Assembly (NCBI RefSeq): GCF_004010195.1
Contig: NC_057757.1
Location: 8,590,300-8,654,299, forward strand
Source: Chiloscyllium plagiosum
Taxonomy: Eukaryota
Direction: 5' to 3'
DNA length: 64,000 nt
How positions within the stretch are numbered: position 1 is the stretch's first letter; each line of letters starts with the position of its first letter. Shown here in pieces: positions 12,817-23,372 of this stretch. A program made the translations under genes and the position numbers. The notes under the pieces were generated by a model. The model saw only the letters and a program-made list of their open reading frames with translations. It ran no database searches and was not told the DNA's origin.

Positions 12817-13120
12817 ACCCTGCATGCAGCCTCCAGGATTACAGGTACTTGCATAACTTTGACAAAGCGTCAGTTAGACTCGAAACGTCAGCTCTTTTCT
12901 CTCCTTACAGATGCTGCCAGACCTGCTGAGATTTTCCAGCATTTCTATTTGGGTTCAAGAATTTAAATCCTTGCTTCCTGCACCAGTCCCTCCCCTATCA
13001 GCTTTCCGTAGAGACCACTCCCTCCGCGACTCCCTTGTCAGATCCACACCCCCCACCGACCCAACCTCCACTCCCGGCACCTTCCCTTGCAACCGCAGGA
13101 AGTGCAACACTTGCGCCGTA
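12817..13120 (+). mobile_element. Inverted duplication of 11726-11901 joined to a Penelope ORF linker fragment
   Basis: 12817-12992 is the reverse complement of 11726-11901; it is followed by PPLSAFRRDHSLRDSLVRS...GTFPCNRRKCNTC, resembling the Cys-containing PLE RT-to-endonuclease linker. Confidence 0.8.
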
Positions 13121-13204
13121 AAATCATGCGTATACTTAGGATGAAGAAGATTATGAGTACCACATATGCTTGGTCCAGTTCTTGTTGGATTCATTTGGAT
13201 ATCA

Positions 13205-13578
13205 AAGTTGAAACTTTATTGCTGGAACAGCACAGCAGGTCAGGCAGCATCCAGGGAACAGGAGATTCGACGTTTCGGGCACAGGCCCTTCTTCAGGAAT
13301 GAGCAGAGAGTGTTCAGCAGGAGAAGATAAAAGGTAGGGAGGAGGGACTTGGAGGAGGGGCGTTGGAAATGTGATAGGTGGAAAGAGGTCTTGACCTCTT
13401 TCCACCTATCACATTTCCAACGCCCCTCCTCCAAGTCCCTCCTCCCTACCTTTTATCTTCTCCTGCTGAACACTCTCTGCTCATTCCTGAAGAAGGGCCT
13501 GTGCCCGAAACGTCGAATCTCCTGTTCCCTGGATGCTGCCTGACCTGCTGTGCTGTTCCAGCAATAAAGTTTCAACTT
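13205..13578. mobile_element. 374-bp perfect palindrome of Penelope-type terminal sequence with hammerhead motif
   Basis: 186-bp arms around a 2-nt TT centre (13391-13392); CTGAAGA-A-GGGC-CTGT-GCCC-GAAACGTC at 13487-13514, mirrored on the minus strand. Confidence 0.88.
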
Positions 13579-16027
13579 ATCTACAAGCCCCCAAACAGTA
13601 GTTTGGATGTAGGGGTTAAGTTGAATAAGGTGTTGAATTTGGCCTTTCGCAAAGGTATTACGACAGTTGTTATGGGGGATTTCAACGTACAGGTAGACTG
13701 GGAGAATCAGGATGGTACTGGACCCCAAGAAAGGGGGTTTGTGGAGTTCCTCCGAAATGGATTCTAAGAACAGCTTGTACTGGAGCCTTCCAGAGAGAAG
13801 GCAATTCTGGATCTGGTGTTGTGCAACGAACCAGATTTGATCAGGGACCTCGAAGTAAACGAGCCATTAGGAGATAGTGACAATAATATGATAACATTTA
13901 ATCTGAAATTTGAGAGGGAGAAGGGAGAATCAGAAGTGTTAGTATTGCAGTTGCACAAAGAGAATTATGGAGCCATGAGGGAGGAGCTGGCCAAAGTTCA
14001 ATGTTTCAATACCCCAGCAGGGATGGCAGTGGAACAACAATGGCAGGTATTTCTGGATATAATAAGCAGGTGCAGGATTAGTTCATTCCAAAGAGGAAGA
14101 AAGATCCTAAGGGGAAACAGGGGCAGCCATGGCTAACGATGGAAGGTAAGGCCTGTATAAAGATAAAAGAGAAGTATAACATAGCAAAGATGAGTGGGAA
14201 GCCAGAGGACTGGGAAACTTTTAAAGAACAGAGGATAACTAAAAAGGCAATATGCGGAGACAAACAATGAGGTACGAAGGCAAACTAGCCAAAAATATAA
14301 AGGAGGATAGTAAAAGCTTTTTTCAGGTAAGTGGAAAGAAACAAAATGGTTAAGACTAAAATTGGGTCCTTGAAAATAGAAACGGGTGAATTTATTATGG
14401 GGTACAAGGAAATGGCAGAAGAGTCGAACAGGTAATTTGGATCTGTCTTCACTGGGAAAGACACAAGCAATCTCCCAGATGTAATAGTGGCTGAAGGACC
14501 GAGGGTAATAGATGAACTGAAGGGAATTTCTATTAGGCAGGAAATGCTGTTGGATAGACTGTTAGGTCTGAAGGCTGATAAGTCCCTGGGACCAGATGGT
14601 CTGCATCCCAGGGTACTTAAGGAGGTGGCTCTAGAAATCATGGATGCATTGGTAATCATTTTCCAATGTTCTATAGATTCAATTGCTGCGGATTAGAGGG
14701 GGGGGTAATGTTGTCCCACTTTTCAAGAATGGAGGGAGAGAGAAAACAGAGAATTATAGATTGGTTAGCCTGACGTCAGTGGTGGGAAAAATGCTGGAGT
14801 CAATTATAAATTACGACTCATTTGGATAGCAGTAACAGGATAGGTCAGAGTCAGCATGGATTTACGAAGGGGAAATCGTGCTTTACTAATCTTTTGGAAG
14901 TTTTTGAGGATGTAACTATGAAGATGGACATGGGTTAGCCAGTGGATGCAGTGTACCTGGACTTTCAGAAAGCCTTTGATAAAGTTCTACATAGGACATT
15001 AGTGAGCAAACTTAGGACAAATGGTTTTGGGGGCAAAATACTGACTTGGATTGAAAATTGGCCAGCTGACAGGAAGCAAAGAGTGGTGATACACAGGTCC
15101 CTTTCAGAATGGCAGGCAGTGACCAGTGGGGTACCACAAGGTTCGGTAATAGGACCGCAGCTGTTTACAATATACATTAATGACATAGATGAAGGTATTA
15201 AAATAATATTAGCAAATTTGCTGATGACACAAAGCTGGGTGGCAGGATGAAATGTGAGGAGGGTGATATGAGAATACAAGGCGACTTGGACAGGGTAGGT
15301 GAGTGGACGGATGACATGGCAGATGCAGATTAATGTGGATAAATGCGTGGTTATCCACTTTGATGCCAAGAACAGGAAGACAGATTACCATCTAAATGGA
15401 GTCAAGTTGGGTAAAGGGGAAGTACAATGAGATCGAGAAGTTCTTGTACATCAGCCATTTAAAGAAAGCATGCAGGTACAGCAGGCAGTGAAGAAAACTA
15501 ATGGCATGTAGGTCTTCATAAAAGGAGGAATTAAGTGTAGGAGTAAAGAGGTCCTTCTGCAGCTGTACAGGGGCTTGGTGAGACCGCACTTGGAGTATTG
15601 TGTGCACTTTTGGTCTCCAAATTTGAGGAAGGACATTCTTGTTATTGAGGGAGTGCAGTGTAGGTTCACGAGGTCAATTCCCAGAATGGCAGGACTATCA
15701 TATGTTGAAAAATTAGAGTGACTGGACTTGTATACATATGAGTTTAGAAGGATGAGAAGGGATCTGATTGAGACATATAAGATCATTAAAGGATTGGACA
15801 CTCTGGAGGCAGGAAGCATGTTTCCACTGATGGGTGAGTCCAGAACCAGAGGACACCGTTTAAATATAAGGGGTAGGCCATTTAGAACAGAGTTGAGGAC
15901 AAACGTCTTCACCCAGAGAGTTGTGGATATATGGATTGTTCTGTCCCAGAAGGCAGTGGAGGTTTTGGATTCTTTCAAGAAAGAGATGGATAGAGCTCTT
16001 AGAGATAGTGGAATCAAGGGTTATGGG

Positions 16028-16623
16028 TGAAGATTTATGACTTCTCAAGAGGGCCCTCTTGGTTCAAGATCGGTCAAAAGAATGAACGAAATGTGGTCTG
16101 TACAAAAGCAAAGGTCATTATTTTATTGAATTAAAGTACTTTGATGCAATTCTATCCAGCAATGCAGAGGTTAAAGCTTCTGCATTCTGTGGTGAAGTTG
16201 CACAATTAGATTTGAAAATTATACATTATTTATATATTTTTTTAAGAGATGGTACAGCCTTTATTACAAGAAAACTCCAAACAACTGTAATATGGTGACA
16301 TGATTACCAACAGGCTAATCCAATGGTATTCCCTGGAAAAGAACTCTTGTTTACGTAAGTTGTCATGCCATGGTAGCAGTTCAAGGTTAGTTTGAATGGT
16401 CAATTAATCTGTCAGTATTCATTTTATGAAAACTCTATTGTCCTCTTATCTTTGAATTTCAACTTAATTCTGCAAATCAGCAGTACAGGTTCACAGGGTT
16501 CAATCATTATTCTCAGCCATTTTATAGCATTCTTTTAAACTGAAAAGCCATTTTGTGGTTAGTAAAAATCTACATACACTTGTTGCTTCTAATAATAACC
16601 AAAAGTCAAATTTTAGATCCTTA
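16028..16623 (-). mobile_element. Putative 3' LTR of the env-bearing element
   Basis: On the minus strand, PPT-like AAAGGGGGGAGA (~16624-16635) just after the env stop, TATAAA at ~16230, AATAAA at ~16122-16127, and an end ...AATCTTCA abutting the truncated CR1. Confidence 0.6.
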
Positions 16624-16673
16624 TCTCCCCCCTTTGGTCATTTCATGACCATACCATAAAGGCATTGATCAGA

Positions 16674-18640
16674 TTATTCCAATTCAATGGCAGCAAAAGA
16701 CCGCCATATTTCCTCTTCCTCCGAAGAGGAACCAAGGGCAGGCAATGGTGTTTCCTCGTCTTCATTTAAGTGGAGAAGAAGCATTTTTTGGGTGGAACCA
16801 ATATTATCAATAGAAGTTAATATTTTAGCAATGATACACTTAACTATAGCAATACCAACAAAAAGACCAATTAAAACAATAGCACCATGCACAACCATAT
16901 TAATTAGCCAGTTGTACCATGAGCCAAAACGCAAACTCCCCATCTCGTACCTTCATTCATTTGGTTGACAACAGTGCGAATATTATCAGTATGTCTAGTA
17001 AGGTTTTCGATAAAATCAGTGACCCCCATAATGCATTTCCTTTAACTATACGCAAATTCCTCCTTCCTTTGCACGTATATAATAGAGGGCATAGCAAATT
17101 TGTTGTGTAAATAGGCTCAATTCTGAAAGCATGTCCCTAATTATATTAAGGCAGCAGTTCTCTCATTTCCCAAAATCGTGAGTCCACAAATGAGATAATT
17201 CTAGTTCTGATGACAAATAATTCCTGAAGACCCTCCAAATGAAAGAACGCTAAGAGCTGCATATGCCAATGAGTGAGTTTGACTTCTTGATATGGCCTTT
17301 GGATTCTTCTATTCTGCACAGAAGTCAGGAGAAACCGAATGTTTAAAAGGGGAATTTTGATCTCGTTGCCAGGTAATTGGACAGGGAACAGGAGTTGGAA
17401 AGAGTGCTCCTATAGCTACAGCGAGGAGTGCTTGCTCTATTTAGGACAAGTAGTTAGATGCCTTATTATAACTGAAAAAAAAACCCCCATGTTTAGTATA
17501 GACGATAGAGGGACCTTCCCAGTAAGGAGCAGGCCTACCTTTGTGACTACCTGGAATATGTGGATAGTCCATGATTATATAGTTTAGCATTGGGTTCTGC
17601 GGGTGAAAATCATATGATCGAATAAGGTGAGATTCTTGATAACAAATATGGTCGACATCCCAAAATGGTTCTACCCATCCCCTAATTGGGAAAATATTAG
17701 TGCCATTAGGGGTATCATAATGAAGATGGGTGTTGTTACCCTCTCCACATAGAGTTTGAATTCTAATGGTAATAGTGATACGATTTTCGTTAAGGCATAT
17801 GCATGAGATGCGAGGTCCCTCAGAAAAGCAGTGATGACTAATAGACGTATTCATAGCACAGGGAATAATTTTAGGCACTCTTACAATAGCACAACCCCAT
17901 CCCTTACCATAGCAGCAATTTGGATAGGATATTCGAGGAATTCCATAATCAAATAGCAGGTGGGGATAGGTAATATCTAAAATTGATATTACGTCCTGGA
18001 AATACTATAGTACTATTCCCTACCCCATGTTGGGATTTGGAAGGATAAACGGGGTCAGGGAGTCTCTTGCTGAAGTAAGGGCGTAAGAAACTATTTCATT
18101 CTCCTCAAGTATTTTATTATGGGTTTCTAGAAACAAATTGTTAGTGAAGGATAACATCCCCAACCCTTTCTCTCTTTTACTACGTGATCTATCTGAAAGG
18201 GGACAAGGCTTACCAGCGATGCCCATAGTACAAATATAATCAACTGGCACACAACACGTTTACAGGGAAAAGACCATTTATACCTGTTCTGTAAATGAAC
18301 TGTTTGATGCAGTTGACCACTGCAATAGTCATTCTTGGCAACTTTCAGTCTTTCGGAACACAAGGACATCTTCCTGGCATTGTTGGTACACAGTCTCTGT
18401 TTGTTCAGGATCACACAGGTGAGCTGTCCCTTCCTGCTGGCAATGGCAAGTCCACACAGGTCAAGTTCGATCTTTGTCATCTCCCCCCTTGCAAGGTTGG
18501 AGACCACGAAGTCTCCATTGTAATAAAGTATAAACCATTTCCTCCTTGTATATAAGTATATAAAATACACATAAAATTATTTAAAATAGACAGCAGCAAA
18601 GACGTAGTACAAACAAATCTAGCAGGGGTCACCCATTTCT
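16674..18640 (-). pseudogene. Degraded viral envelope/fusion glycoprotein of an endogenous retrovirus or LTR element
   Basis: Hydrophobic N-terminus, Cys-rich segment, furin-like RSRSKR followed by EKGLGMLSF, long Cys-containing ectodomain fragments, TM WYNWLINMVVHGAIVLIGLFVGIAIVKCII and an acidic tail; multiple frameshifts; upstream sequence lost in gap 18819-19318. Confidence 0.7.
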
Positions 18641-20079
18641 AGTTTGAGTATCACGGGAGTACACTATTTGAGGCTATAATTTGTGCTCTTCAGCAGGCTC
18701 AAAGCCGTAAGAACAATTTTGAAATAAATAATGCTCAAATTAATCAAACTCAAATAGTCCACGGTACTAAATATATTGCTCATACTGGCAAAAATCTCAT
18801 TCATTTTAAACTCTGCACNNNNNNNNNNNNNNNNNNNNNNNNNNNNNNNNNNNNNNNNNNNNNNNNNNNNNNNNNNNNNNNNNNNNNNNNNNNNNNNNNN
18901 NNNNNNNNNNNNNNNNNNNNNNNNNNNNNNNNNNNNNNNNNNNNNNNNNNNNNNNNNNNNNNNNNNNNNNNNNNNNNNNNNNNNNNNNNNNNNNNNNNNN
19001 NNNNNNNNNNNNNNNNNNNNNNNNNNNNNNNNNNNNNNNNNNNNNNNNNNNNNNNNNNNNNNNNNNNNNNNNNNNNNNNNNNNNNNNNNNNNNNNNNNNN
19101 NNNNNNNNNNNNNNNNNNNNNNNNNNNNNNNNNNNNNNNNNNNNNNNNNNNNNNNNNNNNNNNNNNNNNNNNNNNNNNNNNNNNNNNNNNNNNNNNNNNN
19201 NNNNNNNNNNNNNNNNNNNNNNNNNNNNNNNNNNNNNNNNNNNNNNNNNNNNNNNNNNNNNNNNNNNNNNNNNNNNNNNNNNNNNNNNNNNNNNNNNNNN
19301 NNNNNNNNNNNNNNNNNNCACAGCAGTGAATCCTCTGTTAATTAAACCAAAAACCCAGAAAACCTCACCTCGCCTCATAATTTGTTTAAATGTGAATGAC
19401 AGAGAACTCCCCAAATTCCACCAATTAAAGAAAATAACATCAATTTATTTTTTCAACTCTTAAAGTTGAACATTAAACAATACCTATTCACACCTGTAAG
19501 ACCCCATTCCTCTTAACTGCGTAATATCTGAGACCAATCTATAATACTATACTCTTCCAATAAAACAGTTAATAAAATTACATTAACTTCATTTCAAAAC
19601 CTTACAACAGGTTTTAGCTTTGATGTCTGTCTTCTTCCTTTTTACTGTGAATATGTTTCATATGAAAAGGCACCTTTACTAGAGAATATTTCCTAATTTC
19701 TTGGATCTGTGTTGATGCCAGTTGCTCTGTCCGATTTTCAAAATGCCTGCCTTTTTCATATTCCCAACATCGGATCATTTCATTGGTTTGAACTTGGCAA
19801 AACAATAAGGTCAATCGACTGCGTTTTAGAATCTTGGGCCATAATTTGATCTGGTTGTTTAAATTTGAATTGTTGTCATAACAGCAACCAACGCAGGTAT
19901 ACATTTCATAGCCAAACGTTACATATTTTCAATTTTCCTGTACACTCTGAGACTGCTACTTCATCATCACAGGTGCGAGTCAGCTCTAAGTTCAGAACAG
20001 CATTCATTCTCTCTTAAAGATACAGTACGTGTCTTCAACTTCATAACCACCTATGATCAAGGACATGGCCATTCCCCTT

Positions 20080-21260
20080 TTTGATAGATGGAATAAAGGG
20101 GCTGAATGTTATTGAAACAGCGAGAGACTGCAGAAAGTTGCAGCACAGAAGGATTCAGGAGTCAGTTGGCATGTTTTACAGAAACCGGAGCAGTCAAGTT
20201 CAATTGGTAATAGGGAAGGACAATGGGCAGGTGGCCTTTATTTCTGTGGGAAAGGAATGTAGAAAGAGGGCGGTCTTGTTAAAACAGTACAAGGCACTTG
20301 TCAGGATGTCCCTGGAATATTGTGAACAGTTTTGAACCCCATATCTCAGGAAAGATATCCTGGCATTGGAGGCAGCCCAGAAAAGTTTCACTTGGCTGAT
20401 TCTTGGAATAGAGCGATTGTCCAATGAGGAGAGATTGATGAGTTTGGGCCCGTGGTCATTGGATTTTAGACAAATCAGAGGCAACGTCATGGAAGAACCA
20501 AGATTCTTCGAGGTCTTGCCAGGTTGGAAATGGAGAGGTTATTTCCCTTCGTGAGCGAGTCCATGAATTGATGGCATCATCTCAGAATCACGGATTACAC
20601 ATTAAAGACAAAGATGAGGAGGAATTTCTTGTCTCAGAGGAGAGTGAGTGTGTATGACTCTTTACCACAGAGGGCTGTCGATGTTAGGTCTATAAGTATA
20701 TCCAAGGCTGAGGGAGACAGATTTTTAATCAGAAAGAGAATTGAGAGTTATCAAGAAAATGCAGGAAAGTACAATTGAGGATGATCAGATCAACCATGAT
20801 TTTATTGAATGGTGGATCAGACTCAATGATCCAAAAGGCTGACATCTGATCTTCCTTCCTGTGATCCTGAATGTCCTGTTCCATCCTTCCTCACATTCCA
20901 GAATATTTCAATGGCAGGAAGGTGAAGGAACCCAGTTAGTGCTGCCAGAAAACCCACAGAAAATGGTTTCCATTTCATCAATATCGATGGCAGATCATGT
21001 CGAACTGAAGTGGGAATAAATGTCTTCACTCAGAGACTGCTGACCCTGTGGAATTCTCCACCACATAAAGCTGTGGAGCTAATTCACTGAATATACTTAA
21101 GACATGAACAGATTGATTTCTGGATTCATGGTGTCAAGGGTCAACAGTGGGACCATGATATTGAGATAAAGCATCCTTCATCACCATATTGAATGGTTGA
21201 GCAGGCTCAATGGGCCGAATAGCCTACTCTTGCCTGCATTGTCTGTTTCCCGATGCTCTT
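20080..21260 (+). mobile_element. CR1 3' fragments (also duplicated at 27330-29180)
   Basis: YKALVRMSLEYCEQF, FTWLILGIERLSNEERL and CR1 tails. Confidence 0.75.
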
Positions 21261-21814
21261 CGCTACAACAATGAAATAGTTTTGTCAGCCGGGGGTTTAC
21301 TTATCAACAGGACTGTTTCAGTCATACTGGATTACACTTCTGTAAAGTTTTAGTTAGCCCATCTACACCAATCAATTCTAGCCTTTTCCTACAACTGATT
21401 CCAGGAGCATTGGCTAATGGTTACCTTTATTTATTATGCACTTTTGTCAAAAAGTCAGAATACATTTTCAGGAGTGCAGGTCACAGGAATGAATGAGAAT
21501 CTCGGTATTTTCAGGCTCAAGGCCCACTTCAATGAGATATATTACACCAGGCACATCCCCTTTTATTCAATTCCCAAGCACAGATCGGAATCACATTTGT
21601 GCACAGCTTTGTTTTGATTTGTTGATAGGGATGTGAGTGTCTCTGGCAAGGCCAGCATTCATTGGCCCTCCCTAAATACCCAGAGGGCACCTGAGACTCA
21701 GTCACATTGTTGTTGGTCTGGAGTCACATCTAAGCCAGACCCGGTTATGATGGCCTTTCTTTCCCTAAAGGACNNNNNNNNNNNNNNNNNNNNNNNNNNN
21801 NNNNNNNNNNNNNN

Positions 21815-22561
21815 NTTTTTTTCGTCCTTTATTATTTTTATTTCAATCTTCAAATGAATGTATTTAAAATTCCAGAGAGTAAAAGAGAATTCAACGAAAT
21901 AATCCTCACAGACTGACCGCCACAATTAAAAAAATGGTAAGTCAATAGACTTATTAATTACAGAATACAATGAAAGGTTCTCTGACTTTGAGAATCATGA
22001 CATCACACTCAAATTAACATTTCAACCTCACCTAGTTGATGTCTCCAAGGCTCCTAAAGAACTACAGATGGAATTGATTGAGCTCTCAGAAGATGACATC
22101 TTAAAGTCCTTATTTGACGCTAAGAAATATCCAACTGAAATATGGAAAAATGCAACAGAATACCCTTGCCTTCAGCAACATGCACGAAAAATGCTTTCTT
22201 GCTTTTCAACCACTTATTGCTGTGAATCTACATTCTCCTACTTAACCAAAATCAAGACGCCCTTAAGGTCACAAATGACGGATACCCATCTAGAGGATCA
22301 GCTAAAACTGCAGACCTCCATGCTGCAACCAAATATTCAAATGCTTTCCTACAAAAAGCAGTCACAACAAAGTCATTAAAAGGTTAGCTAACTTTAGAAT
22401 TAACTTTTTCATTTTTTTAGTTAGTTAGTACATAATAGTTAGATTTTTACAAAATAATGTGCATTTTGAAGAATATATAACTGAAGTTTCTTGGATGCGG
22501 CCTTATTAGATCACAACTAATACAATGCGGCCTTCCAATATGGAAAGGTTCCCCACCTCTG
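21815..22561 (+). mobile_element. Non-autonomous hAT transposon, copy A (left end in gap)
   Basis: ORF 22068-22379 resembles the hAT C-terminal dimerisation region (YP.L...A..MLSCFSTTYCCESTFS...KT.LRS); right TIR AGGTTCCCCACCTCTG followed by CCCCAGAA. Confidence 0.85.
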
Positions 22562-23372
22562 CCCCAGAACATTACCTTGGCCTCTGGTCACAATCCATTG
22601 ATAGTACCACTCTGCCATTGCCTCCCCTTGACACAAACGTATCAGGCTTTTTGAGTGGAACATCAAAAACATTGTAGAGGTTTATAATGAGGGTCATCGA
22701 TAGGGTGAAGAGCCAAGACTTGCTGTTGGTAATGTCCGTCTACCTACAGCACATGGACTGCAGTAATTAAGAAGGCGGCTCATCCCCATCTTCTGGACAA
22801 TAACAAGGGGTGGGAAATAAATGCTTCCTCACCCAGAGATACTCGCATTCCACGAGATGCTAAAAAACCAAAGGACTTATGTGGATAGTTCAGTTAAGTT
22901 TCTAGTCAAGGGCCCCAGGATGTTGCCAGTGGGGAAATCAGTGATTGTCGCCTCATTGAGCGTCCCCATTGAATAATGCCAACAGTGGATCTGTCTACAT
23001 ACTGACAATTAAACTCTCCCATTATAATTTCTGTGCAATATTGTTTCTTATTTCGCACTGTTGAATTGTTGGTATATAGACTATTTTATTATTGTGCCAG
23101 TTTGGACCAATATTTGAGGTTGACGAGAAAGGATAGGGTTAACTGGTCATGACATGTCCTGCTCATGTACAAACTCCCCTTGCAATAGTTATTGATTTCA
23201 TTACTTACGTTAGTGGTTGTAATTAGGCTCCATTAACTTGGGAACTGATTTTCTGATCTGATGAATTCTCCCTCCTCTAAATAATGGAAGTTTTCTCAAT
23301 CTCTGAAGGACGGAACTGACCAGGTCCTTGATCAGAATAATCAAAATAGTTATAATTTACAAAAGGGAAACC

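Larger units (their letters stand above)
11230..16027 (+). mobile_element. Near full-length degenerate CR1 LINE (ORF1 SGNH esterase, ORF2 APE+RT), interrupted by Penelope-like insertions
   Basis: ORF1 VVVIGDSIMRG, CCLPGARIQDV and, after the insertion, FLDHW...DPLHLN. ORF2 IYKPP, MGDFN, LGDSDNN, YLDFQKAFDKV, SGVPQGSVIGP and FADD; many stops and frameshifts; 3' end cut by an LTR at 16028. Confidence 0.92.
19319..22716 (+). repeat. Segmental duplication copy A (near-identical to 26429-30835)
   Basis: Long exact matches; paired ORFs 19614/26875, 20081/27308, 20823/28756 and 22068/30190 are identical or nearly so. Confidence 0.95.

Noticed and set aside
18776..19414. Long X-containing ORFs (also near 32816-33427, 40832-41699 and 43157-43888)
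   Set aside because: Artefacts of N gaps
22068..22379. GTF2IRD2/ZBED-like domesticated gene
   Set aside because: It lies within a hAT element; the duplicate copy shows both TIRs and an 8-bp TSD, and only the C-terminal fragment is present
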